Positions 1 to 10,206 of a stretch of 64,000 nt of DNA are shown piece by piece. The DNA comes from Escherichia coli (GTDB lineage: Bacteria; Pseudomonadota; Gammaproteobacteria; Enterobacterales; Enterobacteriaceae): assembly GCF_024298765.1 (NCBI RefSeq), contig NZ_CP101210.1; one strand, given 5' to 3'. The stretch's first letter is position 1. Each line of letters starts with the position of its first letter. The notes beneath the pieces were generated by a model. That model searched no databases. It was not told where the DNA came from and saw only the letters and a list, made by a program, of their open reading frames with translations. The translations under genes were made by a program, and so were the position numbers.

Positions 1-1
1 T

Positions 2-286
2 GCCCCTGAAGAGCTACTCAATCACACACAGCGTATCGAATTGCAGCAAGGTCGCGTCCGTAAAGCTGAACGCTGGGGACCGCGCACGCTGGATCTCGAC
101 ATCATGCTGTTTGGTAATGAAGTAATAAATACCGAACGTCTGACCGTTCCGCACTACGATATGAAAAATCGCGGCTTTATGCTGTGGCCACTGTTTGAAA
201 TTGCGCCGGAATTGCTATTTCCTGATGGCTTATCATTAGTTGAAGCTCTACAGGCAAAAGGCTTTAATGAATTAGATAAGTGGTAA
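2..286 (+). CDS. folK: 2-amino-4-hydroxy-6-hydroxymethyldihydropteridine pyrophosphokinase (HPPK), 3' portion only; 5' end lies outside the window
   Basis: ORF 41..286 translation matches the HPPK C-terminus; reading frame is open back to the window edge; position next to the yad fimbrial operon fits the known map. Confidence 0.85.
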   Translation, partial: APEELLNHTQRIELQQGRVRKAERWGPRTLDLDIMLFGNEVINTERLTVPHYDMKNRGFMLWPLFEIAPELLFPDGLSLVEALQAKGFNELDKW

Positions 287-647
287 TTATTATTCGTGTG
301 AATATAAATATATTCTGAAAACAACCTCAAGTTATTGCCAAAACAATATCATTAAGATAAATAAAATTTTAGAAAATATAATATACCTTCCCGTAATTCT
401 CACGCCATACACTATCCCTCTTAGCTTTCAAATTTAATTTTACTAACTTTTATTTTTAGTAAAATTAAATTGCATATGCTATCACATTATGCAAAATAGC
501 CATCCCGATGATGAATGAATGTAATAGTTGGTAAACAACAGACAAACATCATTAACACAGTAACGATTTTGTTACGCAGCATTGCAGCAGACTCTTATCG
601 TCATGCGGTGCGGTTATCTCTCTATGGAATATTATTCAAGGATTTTT

Positions 648-1238
648 ATGTCTAAAAAATTAGGTTTTGCGCTGTCTGGTATTATGTTGGCAATGGCTGC
701 TGGTACTGCATTTGCTGCTAACGATATGGACGGTGGTCAGTTAAATATTAGCGGCCTGGTCGTTGATAACACCTGTGAAGCTCGTGTTGATGGCGGTAAC
801 AAAGATGGTTTGATCCTGCTGCAAACCGCTACTGTTGCTGAAATCACCGATGGTGTACTGGATACCACCGTAGGTGCTAAAGCTAAGCCATTCAGCATTA
901 CTATTGACTGCAGCAAAGCTAACCCGGCTCCGGGTACTACTGCAAAAATGACTTTCGGTTCCGTGTTCTTTAGCAATAGCAAAGGTACTCTGAATAACGA
1001 TATGTCTATCAATAATCCATCTGATGGTGTGAATATTGCCCTGCATAATATTGAAGGTTCCACTATTAAGCAGGTTCAGGTTAATAATCCGGGTGATGTT
1101 TACAGCAAAACTCTGGATGCAACGTCTAAAACTGCAACCTACGATTTTAAAGCATCCTATGTTCGTGCTGATGCAAGCAAAGCAGCAACTGCCGGTTATG
1201 TAAAAACTAACTCAGCATATACCATTACTTACCAGTAA
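648..1238 (+). CDS. yadN: fimbrial major subunit of the Yad chaperone-usher fimbriae
   Basis: ORF 582..1238 trimmed to the ATG at 648 ([11 protein letters not shown]..., signal peptide ending AFA); fimbrial-subunit C-terminus; first gene of the fimbrial operon. Confidence 0.85.
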   Translation: MSKKLGFALSGIMLAMAAGTAFAANDMDGGQLNISGLVVDNTCEARVDGGNKDGLILLQTATVAEITDGVLDTTVGAKAKPFSITIDCSKANPAPGTTAKMTFGSVFFSNSKGTLNNDMSINNPSDGVNIALHNIEGSTIKQVQVNNPGDVYSKTLDATSKTATYDFKASYVRADASKAATAGYVKTNSAYTITYQ

Positions 1239-1346
1239 ATATCAGCCACCTAAATTGATTGGGTGAATATATATAGGGAATAACATCAAACATATTTATT
1301 TTTGAACGTTATTCCCTGTTTTAATTAACTCTGTGAGGAACGGTTT

Positions 1347-2087
1347 ATGTTTTTTAATACTAAACATACCGCAGCATTGTGCTTAGCGAGCTGTATGGCT
1401 TTTAGCTCATCAGCTATTGCAGACATCGTAATTTCAGGTACTCGCGTAGTTTATAAAAGCGAACAAAAAAGCGTCAATGTGCGTCTGGAAAATAAAGGCA
1501 ATAACCCATTGCTGGTTCAGAGTTGGTTAGATACTGGAGATGACAACGCTGAACCAGGCAGTATTACTGTCCCCTTTACCGCTACGCCACCAGTATCACG
1601 TATTGATGCTAAACGTGGCCAAACAATCAAACTGATGTACACCGCCAGTAGTGCTCTGCCAAAAGACAGAGAAAGTGTGTTCTGGTTTAACGTACTGGAA
1701 GTTCCACCAAAACCCGATGCAGCAAAAGCAGCAAATCAAAGCCTGCTACAACTGGCATTTCGTACACGTATAAAACTGTTCTATCGCCCGGAAGGATTGA
1801 GTGGAATTCCATCTGATGCGCCATTGGCTCTGAAGTGGTCCTGGGCAACATCTGAAGGCAAAGCGGCATTACGCGTTGATAACCCTACGCCCTACTATGT
1901 CTCTTTTAGCAGTGGTGATTTAGAAGCCAACGGCAAACGCTATCCCCTGGATGTGAAAATGATTGCGCCGTTCAGTAACGACGTCATCAAGGTAAATGGG
2001 ATGAGTGGCAGAACAAGCTCTGCAAAAGTGCATTTTTTCGCCATTAATGATTTTGGCGGCTCTATTGAAGGCAACGCCAACCTTTAA
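1347..2087 (+). CDS. ecpD: periplasmic fimbrial chaperone (PapD-like)
   Basis: 246-aa ORF with signal peptide and chaperone-like sequence; synonym yadV. Confidence 0.9.
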   Translation: MFFNTKHTAALCLASCMAFSSSAIADIVISGTRVVYKSEQKSVNVRLENKGNNPLLVQSWLDTGDDNAEPGSITVPFTATPPVSRIDAKRGQTIKLMYTASSALPKDRESVFWFNVLEVPPKPDAAKAANQSLLQLAFRTRIKLFYRPEGLSGIPSDAPLALKWSWATSEGKAALRVDNPTPYYVSFSSGDLEANGKRYPLDVKMIAPFSNDVIKVNGMSGRTSSAKVHFFAINDFGGSIEGNANL

Positions 2088-2121
2088 TCTGGCAAGGATA
2101 TACCACAGCAGGAAGCAGAAC

Positions 2122-4722
2122 GTGACTATTAAATCCACTAAAAAATATCATAATCACCTTACCCGCATCGCCACGTTTTGCGCGCTGCTGTATAGCAACA
2201 GTGCTTTATGCGCTGAACTCGTCGAATATGACCATACATTTCTGATGGGAAAGGATGCTTCAAATATCGACCTTAGTCGGTATACAGAAGGCAACCCGAC
2301 ACTACCAGGCATTTACGATGTCAGTGTGTATGTTAACGATCAACCTATCATGAGCCAAAGCATTGCTTTTACTGTTATTGAAGGTAAAAAGAACGCTCAG
2401 GCCTGCATTACGCAGAAAAATTTATTGCAATTTCATATCAGTTCACCAGACAAGAATAGCGAAAAAGCCATTTTGCTTAAGCGAGACGAAGATCTTGGTG
2501 ATTGCCTCAATCTGGCTGAAATGATCCCTCAATCATCCATTCGTTACGATGTTAACGATCAACGCCTGGATATCGACGTCCCCCAGGCATGGATTATGAA
2601 GAATTATCAAAACTATGTTGATCCCTCTTTGTGGGAAAATGGCATTAATGCAGCCATGCTTTCCTACAACCTCAATGGATATCACAGTGAAAGTCCAGGC
2701 AGAACAAATGACAGTATCTATGCGGCATTCAACGGTGGGATAAACTTAGGCGCGTGGCGGTTACGTGCCTCAGGTAACTACAACTGGATGACCAATGTCC
2801 ATAGTGATTATGATTTTCAGAATCGCTATTTACAACGCGATCTTGCGTCACTACGTTCACAACTGGTTATTGGTGAATCTTACACGACCGGCGAGACCTT
2901 CGATTCAGTCAGCATTCGCGGTATTCGCTTATACAGTGACAGTCGAATGCTGCCTCCGGTATTAGCCAGTTTTGCGCCAATCATTCATGGCGTAGCGAAT
3001 ACCAATGCCAAAGTAACCGTTATGCAAAATGGTTATAAAATCTATGAAACGACGGTGCCGCCAGGGGCCTTTGCCATTGATGATCTTAGCCCGTCAGGTT
3101 ATGGCAGTGATCTCATTGTGACTATCGAAGAAGCTGATGGCACAAAACGGACGTTCTCCCAGCCATTTTCATCTGTTGTGCAAATGCTGCGCCCTGGCGT
3201 TGGTCGCTGGGATATTAGCGCCGGTCAGGTTTTAAAAGACAGTATCCAGGATGAGCCTAATTTATTTCAAGCCAGCTACTACTATGGTTTGAATAACTAC
3301 CTGACAGGATATACCGGTATTCAGCTAACTGATAATAACTATACCGCCGGATTGCTGGGGCTTGGTATGAATACCCCCGTGGGGGCTTTTTCTGTCGATG
3401 TTACTCACTCAAATGTCAGCATTCCGGACGATAAAACCTATCAAGGACAAAGCTACCGTATTTCCTGGAACAAGTTATTTGAAAATACCAGTACATCATT
3501 AAATATCGCGGCCTATCGCTACTCCACCCAGCATTATCTGGGCCTCAATGATGCGCTGACGCTGATTGATGAAGTAGAACATCCTGAGCAAGATCTTGAG
3601 CCTAAATCCATGCGCAATTACTCGCGCATGAAAAATCAGGTCACGGTCAGTATCAACCAACCGCTGAAATTTGAGAAAAAGGATTACGGTTCATTTTATC
3701 TCTCGGGAAGCTGGTCAGATTACTGGGCCTCCGGACAAAACAGTACTAATTACTCTATTGGTTATAGCAATAGTGCGTCCTGGGGCAGTTACAGTATCAG
3801 TGCTCAACGTTCGTTGAATGAAGATGGTCAAACCGACGATAGCATTTATCTCAGCTTCACGATTCCAATAGAAAATTTACTGGGTACGGAACACCGCAGC
3901 TCCGGCTTCCAGAGTATTGATACACAATTAAACAGCGACTTTAAGGGTAATAACCAACTCAATATCAGCAGTAGTGGTTACAGCGATACCAATCGCATCA
4001 GCTACAGCGTAAACACGGGTTATATGATGAATAAATCCAGTGATGACCTGAGTTATATCGGCGGTTATGCCAGTTATGAATCGCCGTGGGGAACTCTGTC
4101 AGGTTCAGCCTCAGCAAGCAGTGATAATAGTCGCCAATTCTCACTCAATACTGATGGTGGATTTGTGTTACATAGCGGCGGGCTGACGTTCAGTAATGAC
4201 AGTTTTAGTGATTCCGACACTCTGGCTGTCATTCAGGCGCCAGGAGCAAAAGGCGCTCGTATTAACTACGGAAACAGCACCGTAGACCGCTGGGGTTATG
4301 GTGTGACCAGCGCCCTTTCGCCATACCATGAAAACCGTATCGCACTGGACATTAACGATCTGGAAAACGATGTTGAATTGAAAAGCACCAGTACTGTCGC
4401 CGTCCCGCTCCAGGGAGCCGTCGTCTTTGCTGATTTTGAAACAGTTCAGGGACAATCGGCAATTATGAATATCGTGCGAAGCGATGGTAAAAATATTCCA
4501 TTTGCAGCGGATATTTATGATGAACAAAACAATATCATCGGCAACGTAGGTCAGGGTGGTCAGGCCTTTGTTCGCGGTATCGGGCAGGAAGGAAATATAC
4601 GAATTACCTGGATTGAAGAGGGCAAACCAGTCAGTTGTTTTGCTCATTACCAACAAAACACGACATCAGAAAAAATAGCGCAATCTATTATTCTGAACGG
4701 ACTTCGTTGTCAGATACAGTAA
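2122..4722 (+). CDS. htrE: outer-membrane fimbrial usher
   Basis: ORF 2005..4722 trimmed to the GTG at 2122, which is preceded by AGGAAG; about 866 aa, typical usher size, with a Cys pair near the C-terminus. Confidence 0.9.
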   Translation: MTIKSTKKYHNHLTRIATFCALLYSNSALCAELVEYDHTFLMGKDASNIDLSRYTEGNPTLPGIYDVSVYVNDQPIMSQSIAFTVIEGKKNAQACITQKNLLQFHISSPDKNSEKAILLKRDEDLGDCLNLAEMIPQSSIRYDVNDQRLDIDVPQAWIMKNYQNYVDPSLWENGINAAMLSYNLNGYHSESPGRTNDSIYAAFNGGINLGAWRLRASGNYNWMTNVHSDYDFQNRYLQRDLASLRSQLVIGESYTTGETFDSVSIRGIRLYSDSRMLPPVLASFAPIIHGVANTNAKVTVMQNGYKIYETTVPPGAFAIDDLSPSGYGSDLIVTIEEADGTKRTFSQPFSSVVQMLRPGVGRWDISAGQVLKDSIQDEPNLFQASYYYGLNNYLTGYTGIQLTDNNYTAGLLGLGMNTPVGAFSVDVTHSNVSIPDDKTYQGQSYRISWNKLFENTSTSLNIAAYRYSTQHYLGLNDALTLIDEVEHPEQDLEPKSMRNYSRMKNQVTVSINQPLKFEKKDYGSFYLSGSWSDYWASGQNSTNYSIGYSNSASWGSYSISAQRSLNEDGQTDDSIYLSFTIPIENLLGTEHRSSGFQSIDTQLNSDFKGNNQLNISSSGYSDTNRISYSVNTGYMMNKSSDDLSYIGGYASYESPWGTLSGSASASSDNSRQFSLNTDGGFVLHSGGLTFSNDSFSDSDTLAVIQAPGAKGARINYGNSTVDRWGYGVTSALSPYHENRIALDINDLENDVELKSTSTVAVPLQGAVVFADFETVQGQSAIMNIVRSDGKNIPFAADIYDEQNNIIGNVGQGGQAFVRGIGQEGNIRITWIEEGKPVSCFAHYQQNTTSEKIAQSIILNGLRCQIQ

Positions 4723-4738
4723 CCACAAGGGACTTCCA

Positions 4739-5311
4739 ATGATAAAAACCACACCACATAAAATAGCAATACTCATGGGGCTATTATTATCGCCATCTGT
4801 ATTTGCAACGGATGTTAATGTCGATTTTACCGCTACCGTGAAAGCGACAACATGTAACATCACCCTGACATCGCTGAATGGTTCAAACGTCGTTGATAAT
4901 GGCAATGATAGTTATACCCTGATAATCCCCAAGATGGGACTGGATAAGATAGTCAATAAAGCGTCACAATCTGAGGCCAACTTCAAATTAGTCGCCAGTG
5001 GGTGTAGCAGTGGAATTAGCTGGATTGATACCACAATGACTGGAAATCAGTCTGGTAGTACATCGCTGATTATTCCACAATCTTCTGACTCCTCCTCAAC
5101 AACCAGTAATATTGGTATGGGATTTAAAAGATTAGAGACTTCGGGCGATACGTTTCTGAAACCCAATAGCGCGGAATACATCCGCTGGAAAACCACAGAA
5201 ATTAGCACCAGTGGTCTGGAAATGACTGTCGCACTGCGCGAAACAACCCCAGGACAGGGCATACCCGGGAAATTTCGCGCACAGGCAACGTTCAATTTCA
5301 TCTATCAATAA
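4739..5311 (+). CDS. yadM: fimbrial minor subunit
   Basis: 190-aa ORF with signal peptide; fimbrial subunit-like; operon context. Confidence 0.8.
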   Translation: MIKTTPHKIAILMGLLLSPSVFATDVNVDFTATVKATTCNITLTSLNGSNVVDNGNDSYTLIIPKMGLDKIVNKASQSEANFKLVASGCSSGISWIDTTMTGNQSGSTSLIIPQSSDSSSTTSNIGMGFKRLETSGDTFLKPNSAEYIRWKTTEISTSGLEMTVALRETTPGQGIPGKFRAQATFNFIYQ

Positions 5312-5325
5312 CAAGGATGACAATG

Positions 5326-5931
5326 ATGATATTAAAAAAATTATGTTATGGATTATCGGGTAGTCTATTTCTGGCTTCATCACTGTTAACCATTTCCTCA
5401 CATGCGGCCACTGATAGTATTGGCCTGACTGTTACTACAGACATAGAAATGGGTACCTGTACATCAACGTTGACTGATGACGGTACAGCTAAACTGTCCA
5501 CCATCAATTTCGGTGATGTATATATTTCTGAAATTAATGCCGAAACTAAAATTAAAACCTTCAAATTGCAGTTCAAAGACTGTGCGGGGATTCCCGGGAA
5601 AAAGGCCAAAATAAAGTTGACCCCACGAGCCTTATGCGAAGGTAATTCTAATAACGGCCCTGGATTTGCTAACGCATCAACGGCAACAGCAAAAGCAGCG
5701 GCAGTCGCCGTTGAGGTCTGGAGTACGTCCACACCAGGTAAAAACGGCGCAAAACAATTCAGTTGCGTCACCCCCGCAACAGAAGAAGTCAGTATTGCTG
5801 GTGCGACGGGAGGTGATGTTGTCGATTACCCGATGAGTGCTGTTTTGGTGGTCGCGAAAGATAAAACCGTTACAGATGTCACCGCGGGTGATTTCACCGC
5901 TCCGGCAACATTTACTGTGACTTATAACTAA
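5326..5931 (+). CDS. yadL: fimbrial minor subunit
   Basis: ORF 5317..5931; AAGGA at 5313-5317 favours the ATG at 5323 or 5326; signal peptide; fimbrial-like. Confidence 0.8.
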   Translation: MILKKLCYGLSGSLFLASSLLTISSHAATDSIGLTVTTDIEMGTCTSTLTDDGTAKLSTINFGDVYISEINAETKIKTFKLQFKDCAGIPGKKAKIKLTPRALCEGNSNNGPGFANASTATAKAAAVAVEVWSTSTPGKNGAKQFSCVTPATEEVSIAGATGGDVVDYPMSAVLVVAKDKTVTDVTAGDFTAPATFTVTYN

Positions 5932-5957
5932 CAGGCAGACCGATTCAGGAACTAAAT

Positions 5958-6554
5958 ATGCGCCCCACTCAACGTAATCTGATGAAAAAATCAATTCTGC
6001 TTCTGTCTTTGCTATTCAGCACCACTTTCCCTGTGGTTGCAGGACAGGATGTTGACATTGTTGCAAATATAAAAAATAACACCTGCCAAAGTGGAATCAG
6101 CAACAACGGAAATATTGATTTAGGTGTCGTTGGCGTGGGCGATTTTACCGGAAACATTTCAGCCGAAAATTATCACCCCGGTGGAAAAGAGTTCACTATT
6201 ACAGTACAGGACTGCACACTTCAGGGCACAGGGAATGTGTTAAATCAGTTACATATTGATTTTCGCGCACTCAGTGGCGTAATGGCGACAGGTTCCAGTC
6301 AAATATTCGCCAATGAAGACAACACCGGGGCTAAAAATGTTGGGGTAGTTATATTCTCTATTCAGGACCCGGCAAATACCTTCAACGTTCTTGGCGTAAC
6401 TGGTAGCTCACGTTCCGTTTATCCGGTCATGTCATCAGCACTAAACAATTCATCCTGGAAATTTAGCACTCGAATGCAAAAAATCGATCCAGCGCTGAAT
6501 GTCACCTCTGGCCAACTTATAAGCCATGTGTTAGTGGATATTTACTACGAATAA
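5958..6554 (+). CDS. yadK: fimbrial minor subunit
   Basis: 198-aa ORF with signal peptide; fimbrial-like. Confidence 0.8.
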   Translation: MRPTQRNLMKKSILLLSLLFSTTFPVVAGQDVDIVANIKNNTCQSGISNNGNIDLGVVGVGDFTGNISAENYHPGGKEFTITVQDCTLQGTGNVLNQLHIDFRALSGVMATGSSQIFANEDNTGAKNVGVVIFSIQDPANTFNVLGVTGSSRSVYPVMSSALNNSSWKFSTRMQKIDPALNVTSGQLISHVLVDIYYE

Positions 6555-6603
6555 CAGACAAAGTGCTGCAAGCATTATCTTGCAGCATGACAATGGAGTA
6601 AAA

Positions 6604-7869
6604 ATGAAGATATTCTTCAGATACTTTCTTTTTTTAGCACTATGCTCTTGTTGTTATACAGCAAGTGCCGGCACCGATGATAACGTCAGCTATCTTGTTG
6701 GGAATGATTACGGAGTGGGTCCGGGAGACCAAAAGTGGAGAGAAACAGGCCCCAGTGCAGACATTACTGTCAAATTCAGGTATTCAACAAGCACAAATAA
6801 CTTAGTTTTTTATAAACCAACCCAACTCGGACCAACAGGTGTGTCATTATACTGGTCTCAGTTAAATAGCGCTTCAGGTGGAGGTTACCTTTACTGCAAC
6901 AGAAGTAACACTGCAAGCGGTGAGCCTATGGCAATTGAAAATCAAATGGTTGATTCGGGTAAACGTTATGGCGGGCATAAACTATTTGAAACATCTGTCC
7001 CAGGCCTGTATTATACATTAAAGATATCAAACATTTGGTCATCATACACCACAACCAATATCAGTTCATCAGGTATGTATATCGGCGATTCTCCAACTCA
7101 ATATTTTCGGTGGATCCCCGAAAGTGAAGCCACTCTATATTGGTCTTGTAACAATGCAAACTCATCTAATAAATACTGGGCCGTAGGTGGAGTTTGGCAG
7201 TCGCTCACGGTGGAATTTTATACCGATACCAACTTTGACCCCACAAAGACAAACAAGGTAACATTATCTAAGCCGGGTGGTTATCTCTACTCATTCAAAG
7301 GATATGGTCTTGGTGGCGGTATCAACGATCACAGCTATTTCCTTAAAATAGATTTTGACCTGGATAATATGACGTTATCCAACCCAACGTGTTTTACTGC
7401 TGCACTTACTGGCCCATCTGTAAGCGGTTCAACAGTTAAAATGGGAGATTATACCCCAGCGCAAATAAAAAATGGCGCAACAGCGGTTCCTTTTGATATC
7501 ACGCTACAGAACTGTATTCGTGTTCGCAATATAGAAACAAAACTTATGTCAAACAAGGTGGGCAGTGTAAGCAAAGAACTTCTGGCTAACACACTCACAG
7601 GAAATAATGCAGCAAAAGGCGTTGGTGTACTGATTGAAGGTTTAAAAAACACTAAAAGTGCACAAATGGTACTGAAACCAAATGATTCAACGTCTGTTTA
7701 TAAAGATTACGAAACAGAAGATGACACTACCGGAGGAATTTACCCGGATAAAGGAAACGGTACCTCACAACCTCTTCATTTCCAGGCTACATTAAAACAA
7801 GACGGTAATATTGCTATAGAACCGGGGGATTTTAAAGCCACCAGCACTTTTCAGGTTACCTACCCCTGA
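6604..7869 (+). CDS. yadC: fimbrial tip adhesin (two-domain; N-terminal putative lectin domain, C-terminal pilin domain)
   Basis: ORF 6580..7869 trimmed to the ATG at 6604, preceded by GGAG; about 420 aa, large for a pilin; last gene of the operon. Confidence 0.8.
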   Translation: MKIFFRYFLFLALCSCCYTASAGTDDNVSYLVGNDYGVGPGDQKWRETGPSADITVKFRYSTSTNNLVFYKPTQLGPTGVSLYWSQLNSASGGGYLYCNRSNTASGEPMAIENQMVDSGKRYGGHKLFETSVPGLYYTLKISNIWSSYTTTNISSSGMYIGDSPTQYFRWIPESEATLYWSCNNANSSNKYWAVGGVWQSLTVEFYTDTNFDPTKTNKVTLSKPGGYLYSFKGYGLGGGINDHSYFLKIDFDLDNMTLSNPTCFTAALTGPSVSGSTVKMGDYTPAQIKNGATAVPFDITLQNCIRVRNIETKLMSNKVGSVSKELLANTLTGNNAAKGVGVLIEGLKNTKSAQMVLKPNDSTSVYKDYETEDDTTGGIYPDKGNGTSQPLHFQATLKQDGNIAIEPGDFKATSTFQVTYP

Positions 7870-7980
7870 TAACACTATCGCACCGCCAGACAACGGCGGT
7901 GCGATACGGATAAATCATTGCCCCCACCAATGTGACTGATAAAATGCGAGACAGCACAACATCATTTATCAGGATACGCT

Positions 7981-8775
7981 ATGAAACCAACCACGATTGC
8001 TTCATTGCAGAAATGCAAGCAGGACAAAAAACGTTTCGCAACCATCACCGCTTACGACTATAGCTTCGCAAAATTGTTTGCCGAAGAAGGACTTAACGTC
8101 ATGCTGGTAGGCGATTCACTGGGCATGACGGTTCAGGGGCATGACTCCACGCTACCGGTTACCGTTGCCGATATCGCCTATCACACCGCCGCTGTGCGTC
8201 GCGGCGCGCCAAACTGCCTTCTGCTGGCTGACCTGCCATTTATGGCGTATGCCACGCCGGAACAAGCTTTTGAAAACGCCGCAACGGTAATGCGTGCCGG
8301 AGCCAACATGGTCAAAATTGAAGGCGGTGAGTGGCTGGTGGAAACCGTACAAATGCTGACCGAACGTGCCGTTCCAGTTTGTGGTCATTTAGGCCTAACC
8401 CCACAGTCAGTGAATATTTTCGGTGGCTACAAAGTCCAGGGGCGCGGCGATGAAGCGGGCGATCAACTGCTCAGCGATGCATTGGCATTAGAAGCTGCTG
8501 GGGCACAGCTGCTGGTGCTGGAATGCGTGCCGATTGAACTGGCAAAACGTATTACCGAAGCACTGGCGATCCCGGTTATTGGCATTGGCGCAGGCAACGT
8601 CACTGACGGGCAGATCCTCGTGATGCACGACGCGTTCGGCATTACCGGCGGCCACATTCCTAAATTCGCTAAAAATTTCCTCGCCGAAACGGGCGACATC
8701 CGCGCGGCTGTGCGGCAGTATATGGCTGAAGTGGAGTCCGGCGTTTACCCGGGCGAAGAACACAGTTTCCATTAA
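7981..8775 (+). CDS. panB: 3-methyl-2-oxobutanoate hydroxymethyltransferase
   Basis: 264-aa ORF recognised as PanB. Confidence 0.95.
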   Translation: MKPTTIASLQKCKQDKKRFATITAYDYSFAKLFAEEGLNVMLVGDSLGMTVQGHDSTLPVTVADIAYHTAAVRRGAPNCLLLADLPFMAYATPEQAFENAATVMRAGANMVKIEGGEWLVETVQMLTERAVPVCGHLGLTPQSVNIFGGYKVQGRGDEAGDQLLSDALALEAAGAQLLVLECVPIELAKRITEALAIPVIGIGAGNVTDGQILVMHDAFGITGGHIPKFAKNFLAETGDIRAAVRQYMAEVESGVYPGEEHSFH

Positions 8776-8786
8776 GGAGTGACGTT

Positions 8787-9638
8787 GTGTTAATTATCGA
8801 AACCCTGCCGCTGCTGCGTCAGCAAATTCGCCGCCTGCGTATGGAAGGTAAGCGCGTGGCGCTGGTGCCCACCATGGGTAACCTGCACGATGGCCATATG
8901 AAGCTGGTCGACGAAGCCAAAGCCCGCGCCGATGTGGTAGTGGTCAGTATTTTCGTTAACCCGATGCAGTTTGACCGCCCGGAAGATCTGGCACGTTATC
9001 CACGGACCTTGCAAGAGGACTGCGAAAAGCTGAACAAACGTAAAGTGGATCTAGTTTTCGCGCCTTCGGTAAAAGAGATCTACCCGAACGGTACAGAAAC
9101 CCACACCTATGTTGATGTTCCCGGTCTTTCCACCATGCTGGAAGGTGCCAGCCGTCCGGGACATTTTCGCGGCGTTTCGACTATTGTCAGCAAGCTGTTC
9201 AATCTGGTCCAGCCGGACATCGCCTGCTTCGGTGAAAAAGATTTTCAGCAACTGGCGCTGATCCGCAAAATGGTTGCTGATATGGGCTTTGATATTGAGA
9301 TTATCGGTGTGCCAATTATGCGCGCCAAAGACGGTCTGGCGCTGAGTTCCCGTAACGGTTATCTGACGGCGGAACAACGCAAAATTGCGCCCGGTCTGTA
9401 CAAAGTTTTAAGTTCAATTGCCGACAAATTGCAGGCTGGGGAACGGGATCTCGATGAAATTATTGCTATTGCCGGGCAAGAACTGAATGAAAAAGGCTTC
9501 CGCGCCGATGATATTCAGATTCGTGATGCCGACACGTTGCAGGAAGTCTCTGAAAACAGCAAACGGGCAGTGATTCTGGTAGCCGCCTGGCTTGGCGATG
9601 CTCGCCTGATCGACAACAAAATCGTCGAACTGGCGTAA
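8787..9638 (+). CDS. panC: pantoate--beta-alanine ligase
   Basis: 283-aa ORF ([18 protein letters not shown]...) with GTG start at 8787; 11-bp gap after panB. Confidence 0.95.
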   Translation: MLIIETLPLLRQQIRRLRMEGKRVALVPTMGNLHDGHMKLVDEAKARADVVVVSIFVNPMQFDRPEDLARYPRTLQEDCEKLNKRKVDLVFAPSVKEIYPNGTETHTYVDVPGLSTMLEGASRPGHFRGVSTIVSKLFNLVQPDIACFGEKDFQQLALIRKMVADMGFDIEIIGVPIMRAKDGLALSSRNGYLTAEQRKIAPGLYKVLSSIADKLQAGERDLDEIIAIAGQELNEKGFRADDIQIRDADTLQEVSENSKRAVILVAAWLGDARLIDNKIVELA

Positions 9639-9645
9639 TCCTTAT

Positions 9646-9680
9646 CTGGCGCTACGGCTGATGGCGCCAGTTATTAATTT
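9646..9680 (+). terminator. stem-loop (ctggcgc...gcgccag) followed by T-rich tract; likely panC terminator
   Basis: inverted repeat read directly from the sequence immediately after the panC stop. Confidence 0.5.
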
Positions 9681-9733
9681 ACCCCACGTCATGGCGATGA
9701 CGTCTGTAAGCGATTATTCATAACGCAGACAAC

Positions 9734-9937
9734 TTAGTTAGAGTTAATTAGCTTATCAACCTCTGTAAGAGATAAAGTTGCCATCTCTGCAACGTCTTCC
9801 CGAGACATTCCTTTACTCAGAAGACGCTGGGCCAGCCTTACCTTCCGGAGTCCCTCTTTATATCCCTTCTGAAATCCCTTCTCTTCAAACCACTGCGCCA
9901 ACGTCTGCCTGGTTTCTCTCCGTGTCTTTATTTCCAT
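9734..9937 (-). CDS. free-standing small ORF (67 aa) homologous to the C-terminal domain of RpnC/YadD; candidate RpnS-like small protein
   Basis: translation MEIKTRRETRQTLAQWFEE...LSKGMSREDVAEMATLSLTEVDKLINSN parallels the yadD C-terminus (TLAQWFEE...LSKGMSREDVAEMANLPLAEVDKLIS); AAGGGAA sits 3 nt upstream of the ATG; DNA is near-identical to the yadD 3' end at both flanks. Confidence 0.4.
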   Translation of the reverse strand: MEIKTRRETRQTLAQWFEEKGFQKGYKEGLRKVRLAQRLLSKGMSREDVAEMATLSLTEVDKLINSN

Positions 9938-10005
9938 ATGTTCCCTTAATTATCTGGTCAGTTAACAATAACAATTATCTGGCTATAACTGATAATGCAG
10001 ATAAC

Positions 10006-10206
10006 TTAGCTAATCAGCTTATCAACCTCAGCAAGAGGTAAATTTGCCATCTCTGCAACGTCTTCCCGAGACATCCCTTTACTCAGAAAACGCAGGGCGA
10101 ATTCCTGTCTTACTTCCTGTCTAACCTCTTGTATTACCTCCTGTCTTACCTCCTGCCTTTCCTCCTGTCTTCCCCTCTCTTCAAACCACTGCGCCAGCGT
10201 CATCAT
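10006..10206 (-). CDS. internal in-frame small ORF within the rpnC 3' end (66 aa, begins MMTLAQWFEE); candidate intragenic RpnS-type antitoxin
   Basis: ATGATG at 10206..10201 on the - strand, preceded by GGGAGGG with 6-nt spacing; matches the published concept of intragenic small proteins in rpn genes. Confidence 0.4.
   Translation of the reverse strand: MMTLAQWFEERGRQEERQEVRQEVIQEVRQEVRQEFALRFLSKGMSREDVAEMANLPLAEVDKLIS

Noticed and set aside
2005-2121. N-terminal extension of the usher ORF (905 aa maximal ORF)
   Set aside because: The extension overlaps the chaperone gene 3' end and lacks a ribosome-binding site; GTG at 2122 with AGGAAG upstream gives a typical usher with signal peptide
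10104-10175. Possible CRISPR array (short direct repeats)
   Set aside because: Units are 12 bp, contiguous with no spacers, and lie inside the rpnC coding sequence encoding an RQEV repeat; not CRISPR
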